Below are positions 1-14,152 of a DNA stretch of 64,000 nt, one piece after another. Positions within the stretch are counted from its first letter, which is position 1. The number at the start of each line of letters is the position of its first letter. Source of the stretch: Ruditapes philippinarum (taxonomy: Eukaryota); NCBI RefSeq assembly GCF_026571515.1, contig NW_026857904.1:1-64000 (forward strand), given 5' to 3'. The notes below the pieces were generated by a model. It was given only the letters and a program-made list of their open reading frames with translations. It ran no database searches and was not told the origin of the DNA. Both the position numbers and the translations under genes were made by a program.

Positions 1-677
1 TTTGATAGATTGAAACAGAATTGACTCCTTGAAATTTTTTTAAATCATGATATTTTCCCAAAAACACTAAGCTGAGTTTTACTTCCCAAATTAGCAATTT
101 TAGCGATAATTTTTTCGGGTAAGGCCTCTTCCCAATTAAGTGAGAGAATAACCCTTTGGTATTTGTATTGAAAGTTAGCAGGGCAATTGGTTACTACGTT
201 CCACTAAGTAAATAAGTGACAGAATTTGACTGCCTACACGAATAAGAAGGACATTTTTTTTTTTTTAAATTGGAGCGATTTCATTAATCAGCAATTGATA
301 TTGAACACTAAGTGATAAAATTGTTTGATAGATTGGAAAGTAATTGTTACCTATGGTCTGGTGTATAAAGTAAGATGATATTCCCCATCATATAACAGCC
401 TACACTGATGGCAGGTATACATAGTAACAGATACAACCGTTTCTGGTAGAAACCAAACTCCCCCAGCTCATGTAGTATATCATCAAACTTCATCTTGAAC
501 AACTTGCTTGATCTTCTTCTTTCTTAATACCAGTCATGTATTTCTAGCTGTTTTGATTAAAAGAAAGGTTTCAGTAGTTTATAATATTGAAATATTTATT
601 AATTTTGATTTTATTTAACTGGAGCAAGATCCATGCTGTTAGCTATCTGTTTCTCTACTTGTTATAGGGTTTTTTAA

Positions 678-779
678 GCGAACAGCATGGATCCTGATCA
701 GACTGCGCAGAGGCGCAGGCTGGTCTGGATCCTTGCTGGTCGCAAACCCATTATGTTGGTTTTGTCATGACACGGCTCA
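678..779. repeat. Short interspersed palindromic repeat (second copy ~11555-11641)
   Basis: Hairpin-forming GCGAACAGCATGGATCCTGATCAGACTGCGC...GCGCAGGCTGGTCTGGATCC core, near-identical at ~11555-11641; degenerate relatives at ~910-1010 and ~40540-40670. Confidence 0.7.
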
Positions 780-3286
780 AATGTTATTTATGAGTCCCAA
801 GTAGCAATGGCATCTCTGACCTAGATATCTTAAATATAATTATCCTTCTTTAAAATTTGAACAAAACAATTTATCAGTATTAGGAAAAATGTCAGAATAT
901 GTACTGACTGAATAGCAAAATAGTGCAGATCATGAAAATCAAATGGCAAGACCTAGGTCTGCACTGGTCGAAAACTAGGTAAATTTAGTTGCCTCGAGCA
1001 GGCAGAGGGTTAAGTAAGTGATCCAAGTTTGGCAAGATACAATAACAGTGATCAGACATCTAATGTGATAAAAGATTTTATTATAAAAAAAAAAATCATT
1101 TGATAATTATTTGTGAATTTTCTGTAAAAAATAAAGATTTACCACTTAAATTTACCTGTTTTAAAATGAATTTATTCGTTTAAATTGTTTCAGAAGTTCC
1201 AAAATCTGTCATTAAATTTCATGATTTTGGCATTGTAATAAAGTGTATTTTCCTTGCAAATATTGATAAAAAAAATAATATTTTTTATTTTCTCAAGATC
1301 AAAATATTTTGTTTCAGCTGAGAAAGTATTCAAGTTAGATATTTATTTATTATAAATAAACAACAATTGATGTGTGTGATGAAAATTAGTAAATAGGAAA
1401 AGTTTGTTGTAACATTAATTTAAGAACATTTTTAATGTAAGACAATATAAAAAGCAAGTACCTTTAAAATGGAATAATGATAAAAAGTTCCAGATTTCCA
1501 ATTCAGGCTTTTGAAAATTATTTTTCATGACTAAATAACAAATTTTATGATACTAATGAAGTAGTGTATGAAACAATTTTGCATTTTCATTTATAATACT
1601 ATTAAAAACACTATCATACATACTTTCTTAAGTTAAATTCCAGTATCACTGTATGTGAACCATAATTAAAGTAAGTCTCATAGCCGTGATATATAAAAGG
1701 TCCTTCACTACATGTACATACAAGGGAATGTCATGCCACAGTGTGCAACTGGTGATTTTATGATGCCAGTACAGTAATATCATGTCCATGCATTGGCAAA
1801 AAGGTGAAATCTTTGTTTGTTATGGCAAGGGACAGTTGAAATACAAGAGGCACTATTCTGAAAGCAGCTATGAATATTTTTAGAGTTATGCCTCTTTTCA
1901 ACTTTTTTTTGATATTAGTAGGATGATTTCAAAACTATCAAAGCTATCAACTTGAAACTTGTATTTGATTATCTTGACAAGACACAGTTGTAAGACAAGG
2001 GTCATTATTCTGACACTTTTATTTAGTTATACCCCTTTTAAGGTTATGATAATTGTAAAAATTGGTTATTAAAAGTTGTTGCCCTTCACAGATGAGCGTA
2101 AACACTGCTTGCGGAGCTCTTGTTAAAACTTTAGACCTATTTAATAGTGAAATTTATGTAACATCACTCTTATCAATATGAATCCAGTCAGTATGTTGGT
2201 TAAATATCAGTTTTTTCTAACTAAAAAAAAGGCAAGAAGGCAATTGTGTTAATTACAATTGAAAATAATGTGTGCATCATGGGTCACCAAAGGTCACTTG
2301 AATGCATCTGCATGTAAATTAGTTGTGTGTAACATCAGCACAGAAATTCACCATGGACAAATGGGCACCTGAGGCCTTCCTCCACCAGAAAAGCTGGATA
2401 CTGTGTTGATGCCATGTAAAACCCAAGATCACTAATTTTTACTAAGATGATTTATTTTGAAGTATACCTCAATCAAGCTTACCGGTATTATTTTTGTTTC
2501 TGAACTTTGGCTTATGAATGTGAAATAGATTGACTAACTGGTAAACATAGAGATTTATTTTAAAAAGTGCGCAATTATTGAATTAGGGACATAAATCTAT
2601 CATAGTCTTGTTTGACTTTGGATAGGGAGGTGGCTTCAGCAAACAGGTGTAGCAATACTACAAAAACTGTTTACTGAAGTCTCTTTAGCTTCCAAGACCC
2701 ATAAGTCTAGCATGCATCTTTAAGACTAGAGTATTCAATCAATACCTGTAACTATTGCAAGCATCATTAAAATTGTTATTAAAATATTCAAGCAAGACCC
2801 ATAACTTTTGCATACATCTTTGAAATCAAGACCCATAACTCTAGCATACATCAGTTTTCCTATCTCTGAACTCTTGAAAAATTCCTGCATGGCTTTTGAT
2901 TGTTACTAACAAGCAGTGAGGGTATTGGAAGCCCAGCCCTGTGGCAATAGATTTAATTGGAATGTTATAATATTAACTGCAGAACGTTTTGCTAATGATA
3001 TTATCAAAAATAACATTTGAATCAAATTATTCATTTTGTACTACTTTATATGGAAATTTTATTCAAAGATTTGTCCAGCAATACTTCTGCATGTAACAAT
3101 TACAGGTTAACCATGGTGGTTAGATTATACAATCTTCACAACTTTTGGACAGGATTAGTATCATATTATTAACATTTACAATGTTGAATCTGTACACATT
3201 TAATACAAGTATAGAGCATGGCAAGCTTGTATACCTATTCTCTCTGACTCTTACTAGTCTAGAGAAGTCTAATAAATAGACTTATA

Positions 3287-4630
3287 CGAGGGTTCTTCAA
3301 AAAGTTCTGTTATCGGGTATTAAATACAAGATAAAGAAAATATATACGAAAATGGTTTATTTCATCCCTTCAAAATATTCACCACCTACAGAAATACACT
3401 TTTGTAATCGAAATTTCCACTGTCTAAATGCATCAGAGTAGTCTGCCCTTGGTATCAGTCTCAAACACTGATATACAGCACTTCCAAGTCCGCTTCTGGT
3501 GGTATACCGACGTCCAGACAACATCTTTTTTTAGCCGGGGAAATAAAAAAAAGTCACATGGACTTAAATCCGGCGAATAAGGGGGGTGGCTTAACACATT
3601 TACCATTTCTTCAGCGAGAAAGTTAACAACCCCCTTGCTTTTATGCGCGGGGGCATTATCATGTAGTAAATTAACTCCCCTTAATCCAGTACTGGGACGT
3701 TTCTTTTTATAAAACTTTTTTATCCTTTTTAGCACAACGTTCTTATAATATGTTCCAGTGATTGATTTTCCAGATTGTGATGGTATCTGAATAACTGGAC
3801 CAAGATGATTGAAAAAAATGGTGTACAGAACTTTCGTTGAGCTTTTCTGCCGTTTAGCCACTACTGGACGTTTTTGATTTTTTCCTCTCCATTGTTTATT
3901 ATCACCCCTCCTTTGTGGCTCAAACATGTAGACCCAAGTCTCATCTCCAGTTAACATATTAGAAATAGTCCTGCTGTTAAATGTTTTGAACTCTTTAAGG
4001 AGTTTTTTAGAACACATGACTCTCATTTTTTTCTGGTCATTGGTCAGTAAATGGGGCACCCAACGTGCACAAACCTTTTTAAGTCCAAGTTTTTTTGATA
4101 GAATTTCATGAACACTTCCTTCTGAAATGCCAACACTATTAGCCATATCCTTTACTGTATAACGGCCATCTTCTTCCACCAATGCTTTCACAGCAGCCAC
4201 ATGCTTATCAGTCACTGACGACTTCGGACGTCCACTTCGATGACAATCTTTAATCACAGAAAGCCCACCTTTAAATTTTTTCGCCCACCTACAAACTGTC
4301 ATAAATGATACCACAGAATGTCCATAAATACCATTCAGCTCATTATAAATGTCTTTTGGAGATATATGCAAAGCAGTGCGACTTTTAATATAAGTGCGTA
4401 CTTCAACTTTGTAATGTCGTTTCATTGTTATTTCCAAAATATGGCCAGTGTATATGAGTGACACTACTTTAAAACTGAATAATTTTGTCAGTATTGCATC
4501 GATTTGCACGTTTTTTTCGTGCTTATATAGTGTGAATATTTATGTACATAACTGTATATGTTTATTGAAGCAAAACCGTCGATTTCGCTACGGAAGACCA
4601 TTGGTAACAAAACTTTTTGAATAAACCTCG
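3287..4630 (-). mobile_element. Mariner (DD34D) DNA transposon, full length ~1.34 kb
   Basis: Imperfect ~28-bp TIRs (CGAGGGTTCTTCAAAAAGTTCTGTTATC at 3287; reverse complement of the right end CGAGGTTTATTCAAAAAGTTTTGTTACC ending 4630), TA on both flanks (3285-3286, 4631-4632), enclosing a transposase ORF. Confidence 0.95.
3357..4425 (-). pseudogene. Mariner transposase with a single extra base near the C-terminus
   Basis: ATG at 4425 (MKRHYK). Motifs WVPHLL, TGDETW, HDNAPAH and HPPYSPDLSPCD, with 34 residues between the 2nd and 3rd catalytic D. Removing one A from the A7 run (plus-strand T run 3526-3532) restores a mariner-type tail LKKMLSGRRY...RLQKCISVGGEYFEGMK* ending at 3357. Confidence 0.9.
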
Positions 4631-6298
4631 TATATTTTAAAATCTTCTCACAAACTACAATGTGCTGAGCATAGAAACACAGCATGTAGTAACTTGTGGT
4701 TCTCTATGAAAGCTATATAAATCATGGGAGTTGAAGTCAAAATTGGCCCAACCTGGGAATCACTTAGTTTATGTTGACTTGTACATAGAAAACATATTAA
4801 AGGCATATTGTGTTAAACTACAATGTCCAGAGATAAGAGTTTTGCATATAGCATTGCCTTGTGGACTTCAGCAGAAGTTATAATCAAACATACCACTTGG
4901 GACTAAATATGTACACTGACTTGCTGGGTCACTTAGATATAAACATAATTTTATGAAGTAATTAAATATGACTAAAACATATTCTTTTGACTCTACAATG
5001 CTCAGAGCATTTATGTTTTACATATTATTCACCTTGTGGTTGTCTAAAAAGTTATATGAATCAAATTTTTTGCGTCTAAATGGCCCCAGTCTCGGGGGTA
5101 ACAGGTTACTTAGAGTTGTGGTTACTTATTTCATGCAGACTTGGGAGCCATTCTCAAGTCATGTTTGGCATGTATCATTTTCAGCAGACATCTACAAATA
5201 TTTGATAGATAGGCTTACTCCGGAATTAAGAAAATTTTGGGTTTTCCCAGCTTATCCGGGGTACAAACTTATTTTTAAAGTTACAGCTTCGAAAATAAGC
5301 GTTACAGGTGACAAATTTATTGTGAATGGTAATGCACTGTGAAGCTATAATGGTAAAAGTTTGAACTGGGGGATTAGAATGGAAAAACCCACATTTGCCG
5401 AGTTCGGGATAATATCAATTGACAGCAGGGGTTAAAATGTTACATCCCATTAGCCTTACTACTTAATTTTGCATTGAAGAATTGTGACCTTTCCTAGTAA
5501 TGCACATGGATTTTCAGTTTGGCGGGTAATAGTAGTCATTCAGCGTTGAGAGAGCCTACCAGTTAACACGTAAATTAATTTTCAAATTTAATTATTTCCA
5601 GTTCGTTTTGATTATGAAAAATAGAATGTATAATTTGGAATAGTTGTAAATTAAATATTTTGAAACAGTATCATGTGATTAAATACTTCAAACATTTTGA
5701 TTAATGAATTATATGCTTAAATATATGATTTGTCATCGTGATATGTGAATGTGAAATGTATATTGATTTCATTTATATATGAATATATAGTTTGTTTTGC
5801 TCTCTCAAGCGCTCTGAACAAATTAAACACTAAATTTAATTTGATATTGATTGTTGTTGTTTTTGGAGACGAGGTGTTATAAGGGAAATACTGAAACCAA
5901 GATAATCATTCTTTTGGCAAGACATTGACCTATGACATTGAATGTAATTCTGAGTGAACTTGATTTCAGATAGATATTAAATATTTTTATTTGTACAAAA
6001 TTATTATTTCCTATTTTCATTTTGAATAAATGTTAATAGTATTAAGCTAAAGATCAGAAACATGATTAATATCTTCTTATGTTATGATGAATAAGGTGAT
6101 AAAACTAAATAAAGGGACTGTAAGAAATTTAATCCCAGTATTTCCTTATCAAAAAGTATACAAATGACCTTGTTGAAATTCCCTTATTTCTAGGCATTAC
6201 AACATTTTGGTATGAATAGAAGAAAGAAATGACCTAGATAGTAAATAGTATTGTAGGCCAATCCTAGAAGGATAGTAAATTGGAGAATTATATGTTAA

Positions 6299-6662
6299 AG
6301 GCACATTATGCCTCAGAAACAAATAAATTTTTCATTCTTTAGAAAGTGCAAATATGAGGGTTTTTTTTAACATTTAGATAATGATTCTAGAGCATGTTAG
6401 ATGGTTATCACCTGAAGGAAGTTGCACTGAATATGAAATTATTTGTCATAAAGGTAGTAAAATGTAAACAAAATAGTACTTAGACTTCCATGCAAAATAC
6501 TAAATCATTTTAGTATGACTTTACTAAAAAGCAACAGAAGCAAAGGATGGTTCAACAAGTTGGCCAAGAAGTATATTTTTTTTAAAAAATAACAAAACAC
6601 CAAGAACGAAAATGCTTGTGATAAATTGTTATAATAACTTATTTCTGAAGCATAATGGGCCT
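6299..6662. mobile_element. Non-autonomous TIR element with TTAA target duplication (Kolobok-like MITE)
   Basis: TTAA|AGGCACATTATGCCTCAGAAA ... TTTCTGAAGCATAATGGGCCT|TTAA; 19/21 TIR match. AG...CT termini fit Kolobok rather than piggyBac (CCY). Confidence 0.7.
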
Positions 6663-7065
6663 TTAAAAAAATAACACATTTTTTATCTATTACATGCAGT
6701 AATAAAATGTTATCATGGCTGCCTTTATTTTACTGTAGTCCCAAAGTTATAGATTGAAGATGAATTTCGGTCGGATTTTTATTTGATTTAGGTGTACTAA
6801 TATTAACTTTTATGCTCCCATTTCGGGTGGTGGGGGATCATAGATTTGCCCTTCTCTGTCCATCACTTTATTCATCTGTTGACTGATAGAAGAAATGTGG
6901 AATGTATGGGCATTCATGCCCTATGGACACATTCTAGTGACCTTTTAATTTTATAGGCTATTTTGACATTTCTTTAGTTTTTAGAAAATATTGTTGCTTT
7001 GATTTAATAAATAGTGACAGCTTTAAAAACTACTGCAATAAGCTTGCAGAAGGGTAGGGTCATTT

Positions 7066-8196
7066 TGTGTCGCCTTGAAAAAGGCGCCATGTAGGGGTTA
7101 CTTTTGTCGGCGTTGTCAGCGTCGTTGTCGGCGTTATGGCGTCCCCTAAAGCTTGTGCTGAGTATAAGACAGTCATTATAAGTTTGATTGACTTCAAACT
7201 TGGTATGAATGCTTCTGATAATGACCCGAAGTGCAGTGCACAAGAACCGGTACTCTGCACTTCTTATTTTTTGAGTTATTGCCCTTTGTTAATTTTCATA
7301 CTTTATTTTTGTCCGAGCCATTTCTCCTAAAGTATAAAATCTATGGACTTGAAACTTCATAGGATGATAGATCTCATTAAGAAGAAGTGCAGTGCACAAG
7401 AATGTCACTCTGCATTTCTTATTTTTGGAGTTATTGCCCTTTGATAATTTTCATACTTTATTTTTGTCTGGGCCATTTCTCCTAAAGTATAAAAGCTATA
7501 GACTTGAAACTTCATAGGATAATAGATCTCATTAAGAAGAAGTGCAGTGCACAAGAACTGGTACTCTGCATTTTTTTTTTTTTTTTTGAGTTATTGCCCT
7601 TTGTTAATTTTCATACTTTATTTTTGTCCAGGCCATTTCTCATAAATTATATAGAGGATATTAAATGAGTGTAAGTTCAATACAGAATTTATTGCATGAG
7701 TTGAATAAAATTATATTATGCGAGCCTCTGGCGAGCATAATATTGTTTTATTCCACGAGTGCAATAAATTCAGTAATGAACTTACACGAATTTAATATCC
7801 TATTTATCACATACCCAAAATAAAGACCGTTTAAAGTGAAATAAAAGTCATTTTTCATTGACGCGCCTATAGTATAACGCTAACATTCAGCGCGTCTTTA
7901 CTCTTTGTTCGTATAACACTAATGACGTCAAGTCAAACTATATGCACGGCCGTGCAATACCATATTTACGGAGTCGCAAAATCGGCACGGGTGTGTGATA
8001 AAAAGCTTTAGACTTGAAACTTAATAGGATGATAGATCTTATTGATAAGAAGTGCAGTGCACAGAAACTGCTGCTCTGCATTTCTTATTTTTTGAGTTAT
8101 TGTCCTTTGTTGATTTTCAAATTTCATTTTTGTCGTGGGCATTTCTCCTAAACTATATTGTTCACAAGGCGACACATCCGACTCGCGGAGTTCTAG
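7066..8196 (+). mobile_element. Helentron-associated non-autonomous element (HINE/DINE-like) with ~160-bp internal tandem repeats
   Basis: SubTIR TGTGTCGCCTT with 5' hairpin, (GTCGGC/GTT) microsatellite, tandem units, 3' subTIR AAGGCGACACA, small hairpin, CTAG end, inserted in a T run. Confidence 0.8.
7652..8001. mobile_element. Hairpin-rich non-autonomous element nested in the HINE tandem array (possibly Crypton-derived)
   Basis: Interrupts a repeat unit at TATA|AAAGCT. Imperfect ~150-bp palindrome 7655-7801 plus inverted repeat TTTATCACATACCC/GGGTGTGTGATAAA. A related fragment lies inverted at ~44160-44260. Family assignment is a guess. Confidence 0.6.
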
Positions 8197-8693
8197 TTTT
8201 TTTTGGGTTTTTTGGCGTCTTGTTAAGTTATAGAACATAGTTGTAGTTATTTTAGTTTGAATATGATGCATTGGAACCATTCTTAAATTATGTCATTGGA
8301 ATAAAAGTTTTCAAGTTATAAAGCTAGCTTCCTGAAGGTGTTAACTTTGTGTTTGTTTATTTTTTGAATGCCAGCTTGGGACTAGAATAATACACAGAAA
8401 AGGTATCAAGCATGATTTCTGCCATCAGAGGTGGTAAAATCATTTGTCCTTCATGCCCAGGTTGTCACACAGCCTGTACAGACAAGTGAAATTTTACCAA
8501 AAATTAAAGATATGATCAGATCATTTGGACAAGTAAGTCAAAATCAGATTTTGCCAGCTCTGCTGCAGCCATGTTTAAATTGAATTTGTCACTGTCACCT
8601 ATGTATTTAATGATATTAGGTACATTAGACGGTAAATTTTATTTATAAATCGATTTGGCTATAAATGATTACTTAACTCCTATCTATTTTCAG

Positions 8694-11600
8694 GCAACAA
8701 ATGGCTATGTATGGCTTCAATAGCTTTTGCATCATATCAATCACTGTATCCCATCATGCTGGTTGTTCCAGCAGCCATCTTCTTCAATACTGTAAGTACT
8801 TGTAGAAATAAAGTCTTAATTTATAGATCTATTCTTCAATGAAATACAGCAATATGGTACTTAATATTTACAATATATAGGTAATGTATATAGTTTTTCA
8901 ATGTGTATGACTTTTAATATGAATATTGAACACATTCTAATGGTGCCTATACCATGTGACTTTTTGTGATCTGCATGATGGCAGAAAAGAAATACCAAAG
9001 ACTGTCCAGGGTTGAGTAACCAGAAGCATTCGTCAGAGTTACGATCATCGTTAAGCCTTGGTTAAGCTCTAGTTAGTAATTTACCTTCTAACCTAAAACG
9101 TTCGTTATTCCAAAAATTCTAACGAAACTGTCGTTAATTAACGAAAACTTCGGAGTACACGTTAGACCTTCGTTGAAGGAAAAACAACGTGTGAAGCTCT
9201 TTCAACAAATTTTTTATGAGTATATATTATTTTTTTGTATTGTTTATGCATTTCTATCAATGTATCATCACACTAAGTATGATTATGTACTATGTACATG
9301 TCAAAATAAAATAATGTTCTGTTCTGTATTTTATTGTATATTCAAAGACTTAGGATTGCTTTCTTTAGATGCAATTTACGGCGAACGTTNNNNNNNNNNN
9401 NNNNNNNNNNNNNNNNNNNNNNNNNNNNNNNNNNNNNNNNNNNNNNNNNNNNNNNNNNNNNNNNNNNNNNNNNNNNNNNNNNNNNNNNNNNNNNNNNNNN
9501 NNNNNNNNNNNNNNNNNNNNNNNNNNNAGCAGCTGTGTGTTCACAGATATATATGGCTGTACATTTGTACAAAAAAATTTAAAACAATTTATAAACAGTT
9601 TAAAAACAATTATTTGTATTGTTGATATTGCATTTTAATTAATGGGGGTAATGAGGTAACCAAATACAAAGAATGTTTTTTGGAAAACTTTTGTTTTCGT
9701 TAAATACAATGATTTTTTCAACCCTAAAACATTCCATGTCTGCGTTACTCACTAGAATGAGAGAGTTCTACACTTTATAAGTTTTTAATGAAACACTTCA
9801 TAAGTTATGGAAGAAAACAATATCTGGACTGTCTATTGTACAGGATCAAGCAGGTCATAAAATGATGTGTGGTATGTACATTATTCTACACAAACCTAGA
9901 ATAATTGTCTGTCTCCAGTATAGGATGAAGTGGTGAATCTCTTACATTTGAGTTAATGTAAGTTTGAATATTGAAATAAAATCCAGTTTAAATTCAAAAA
10001 TGTATTGTTTTATTTTAAAAAAAACATGTTTCAATGTTGACAACCCTGCAAACTGACAGATTGTTGGTGGTACTTCTGTGGTGCCAGTATGAGCTTTAAT
10101 TAATGTACAAGGGGCATCTAGGGTCTAAAGTTGATACAAATTTACTTAAGTTTCATCATGTTGGAAGCTCTAAGCTTATTGAAACATTCCAAGGGTCTTT
10201 AACACTTTTAAAGTTAAAAAATCTGTGAGTCACTTTGCTGAAAAAAAATACAATGTACTTTTAAATGTGCAATCTGCTTATTTCAGAACATGTCCGATGG
10301 GAAGAAATCAAAGGAATCCGTGCCACTGCCAGTGTATGGACGGACAGCTATGATTAGTCTAGGATTCACAGCTATATTAATTTTTGTGTCCTATTTTTTT
10401 TTTGCACATTCTTGGAAGTTCCTGCATGCTACAACAGGCTTTATGTAAGGTTCTTTGTAGATTCTTTCAAGAAATACTCTCTATTTAACTGAGTAAAATT
10501 ACAGAATGCACTGTTCCTGAATATTTTGTACAAGTTTAGTTTTCAGCGTTTTGATGATACCTTATTTTAGGTTTTGTAACATCTGAAACTGTACGTGAAA
10601 TGGCTGTTTTAAACTTGCTTTGGTATAGACATATTTATTTAAGCTTGATTGCTAAACAAGTGCTTTCAACTTAAATTAATCACTTTCGAACCAGTACTGG
10701 TGTCAAATGAAGAAACATGATTGTGATCTGATTAGGGCTCAAACCAGTGATCCCTGGGTTGAGAGGCAGACACACTTACCACTAGGCCACCACTTTCTTT
10801 CACACTTGCTTTGATGTGTGGACATTGTTAGATAATCAGGGGTGTCAAAATCAATTGTCCGTATTGCCCAGATTGTTCCATAGCCTGTACAAACAAGTGG
10901 CATCTTGAAGAAATACTATATAAATATCATATGAATAACTTAAGGGAATGCTTCAGTTAAAAATGGAGAAGTTAGTCGTAATCAGATTTTGGTGACCCAG
11001 GATAATAAAGATTGTTTCAGACTATTAAGTATTAAAAGAAAAATTATGAACTCTTGACATAGAAACTTTATCTTAATGTAATTATTGGCCTTCACAAAAT
11101 ATGTATAAGAATGTAAATTTGCCACTGTTAAAGCCACACAAGTGGTGATTAAATCATGAATTTTAAAATTGTCTATTTCAGCCTAGGTGTGCCAGATCTA
11201 ACACCAAACATGGGGGTATTTTGGTATTTTTTCACAGAGATGTTTGAGCATTTTCGTCCATTTTTCATTTGTGTGTTCCAGATCAACGCATTTCTCTACA
11301 CAGTTCCACTAGCTATCAAACTGAAGTATGCATGTTTTTGAATAGTGTTTTTTTTTTAAATAAATAGCAAAGTAAAAGAAATGTTGCAGATGCATACATA
11401 CTAAAAAATCGCTTTTTCTGTGTATTACAATTAACCTTATCTGCTTGTTGTTTTATTAAACAATAGTTTCCATTTTATATTTCACAAAAGATTGTGTGGT
11501 GATGTTAACATAGATATTTCTGAGTTGAGATAACATCAACATTTATTTTTTGTTCTGATCAGACTGTGCGGATGCGCAGGCTGGTCTGGATCCATGCTGG

Positions 11601-14152
11601 TCGCAAACCCATTATGTTGGTTTTGTCATGACACGGCTCATTTATGTAATAGTTTTTGTATGTGTTTATTTCAGAGATCACCCAGTGTTCCTGGCCTATG
11701 TTCTAGTCACACTTATGTCAATATTTAAATCCTATCCTAGCTATGCTGATGTGGCAATATTTGTTACATTATTGCCAATGTGGAAACATGTCTTTTCATG
11801 TAAGTTTATTGTTTATCACATATAAGTTTCAATTTTTTATAAAGATGTACATAGTAAAAAGAAATGTTATCTGTATTTGTACCACAAAGTGTAAGATTGA
11901 ATTTGTATTATGCTGTATTTGAAATCCAAATAAACAAAAAGATTGCAATCTTTTTTAAACTGCTCCCTGGAACTTAGCCAGTTTCGAAGTCTAATGAGGA
12001 AATATGATTTCAGATCCAAATAGGGTCCAAATCCATGTTTACTAGGTAGGGAGGCAAACATCTTTGGCCACTGCCCTTATATGTTGGATTTAAGTCCCAT
12101 CAATATTGTAGAGGTAACATGGTGACTATCCAGTTTTACTGGTAAATGAAGACCTTTGGAGCTCCTTCTTGTATTATTTTAAGCTTAACTTATATGAGCA
12201 CCAAAGACAGTTGTAATACAAAACGTGTTATGATTTCAAGGAAGAAGACTAACTGCTCATGATCAATATAGTGATTTACACATTTATAAAGCATGTAGGA
12301 AGAGAATTAGAATAAGTGAAAACATAAAAATGTTTGAAGTTCACATAAATGAGAGAGTTTAAGTTTAAACTGGCATGAAAAAAAAGAGTAGAAAAGTGTT
12401 TCATGAAAATAAAAAAAAGACAAAAGTATAAAAGGTGTTTTATGAAAAATAGACCAAAGTAGAAAAGGCGTTTGGTGTTTATCTTGTTTTAATGTGATTT
12501 TATTAATGTGATTTCAGATATGAGGAACACATTTATTGTAACCAACATGTTCCTATGTTGCACAGTACTGTCTCCTATACTGTGGCATCTGTGGATATAT
12601 GCAGGCAGTGCTAATGCTAACTTCTACTTTGCTATAGCTCTCACATTCTCTACAGCACAGGTAATTTATATACTTATATCTTGTTTTATCAGACACAGTA
12701 TTCTAGTGTTTGTTTAAACTTCACACACTTATTTGAGGAGGTCACTATCTCCTAACTCTGGATTTTAACTGAATTATGGCCCCATTAAAACTTAGAATAT
12801 TCTTCATTATCTAGACTCTTGTTTTACTTTCAAGCAATGAAAATAGTCGAGCATGCTTGAGAAAGAAAATGAATTGGATACTGTTATTAAAACTTTATAT
12901 GTATTGAAGACTAAACATTTGAATACACAATTCCATCCACAGTAAATATTAAGCTTTGAATATGAGTGTAATATTCATTGCATTAAAAATGATGGTAAGA
13001 TTCATTGCATTGAAAATGATATTAATATTCATAGTGTTATGCCCAACCTTTACATGTACATCACATTGCATTGAAAATGATATTAATATTCATAGTGTTA
13101 TGCCCAACCTTTACATGTACATCACATTGCATTGAAAATGATATTAATATTCAGAGCGTTTTTGTATACCATATAAGTGGTTTTTTCTGCAGGCTCCAAA
13201 TTCTGAGGTTTTTCCAAATTTTGGCATGTTTTTATTTCTGCGGACTTAATTTCTGCGGCACATTGTTTGGACAAAACGTGATTTAAATTTTGCGGCTCAT
13301 CTTATCAAAGTCTAAGTCACATTAATTTACCTAATTTATTTGCATGTACACATTCGCATTAAAATTTTGTTTACCGTCGTCACCGCAAAACTATATAGTA
13401 ATTACAAACAATTATATTGTTTGCTTGCAAACAAATATAATGTGCCACAATAGACAGTTTGCATCTTTTAATCAGTGTGAAATGAAGTGTGAAAAATATA
13501 CCCAGGTAGTATCTTTAATTTAATAAAATTGATAGAAGTTTATCGTAAATCAGACAACAATTAATGTATACGACGATTATTTAGCAGTATAAGGGTTTAA
13601 ATGGTTTTAATGATTTAGTGGTAAACAAACCTTTTAGTGTACAGGCAAACACTATAATGTTTGAATTTCTTTGTTCATAAATTGGCATAATTAACAACAA
13701 GTACATCCTTACATGCACATATTGCATATTTAGCCGAAAGCAATTTTATATAACTCGATGACCCGCTAACCGTTATAATCCGTTCGTCGTTATTACTTTA
13801 AAGGAAACAGGTCATAATGTAGGACTCGTATCTTAAAAAAAAAAATGTGGAGAAATATTCTGCGGTTTTTATTTCTGCGGTGCTGAAACTGACCGCAGAA
13901 AACGCAGAAATAAAGTGACTGCAGGAAAAAACACTTATACGGTATTTGCTATGTCCAACCTATACATTTACATCACCACTGATTCTTTGTTTATCATCAT
14001 ATCATCATCACCCAGTTTAACTCTTTCTTTTTCCTCCGCAGATTTTCCTAATCACAGATCTTCTGTTTGCCTTTCTACGTAGAGAATTTGACCTCAAAAC
14101 TGGGGTCAAACATTTGATCAACGGTAAGGATGCCCAGGTGATACTAGATTGA
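8694..14152 (+). CDS. PIGU: GPI transamidase subunit PIG-U, 3' part (6 exons; 5' exons not found in this window)
   Basis: Phase-consistent AG/GT exons 8694-8791, 10287-10444, 11182-11325, 11675-11799, 12518-12660, 14042-14152 (TGA). Peptides [55 protein letters not shown] and [17 protein letters not shown] match the PIG-U family. Confidence 0.93.
9390..9527. other. Assembly gap (138 N) inside a PIGU intron
   Basis: Run of n characters; the flanking exons splice in phase without needing an exon in the gap. Confidence 0.98.
13003..13160. repeat. 61-bp tandem repeat (~2.5 copies; third copy interrupted by a MITE)
   Basis: CATTGCATTGAAAATGATATTAATATTCA starts at 13003, 13064 and 13125; the remainder of the unit resumes after 13944. 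Confidence 0.8.
13169..13942. mobile_element. Tc1/mariner-type MITE (TA target duplication)
   Basis: TA|CCATATAAGTGGTTTTTTCTGCAG ... CTGCAGGAAAAAACACTTATACGG|TA, with subterminal TTTCTGCGG repeats at both ends. Confidence 0.8.

Noticed and set aside
4426-4509. N-terminal 28 aa of the 358-aa ORF call
   Set aside because: Starts at a GTG; the first ATG at 4425 gives a normal mariner length. The called C-terminus (DVVWTSV...) is the frameshifted reading.
1-8693. Upstream PIGU exons
   Set aside because: I could not identify any exon matching the N-terminal half of PIG-U by eye; probably intron, but a small exon may have been missed.
9173-9638. ORFs spanning the N run
   Set aside because: Artefacts of translating an assembly gap.
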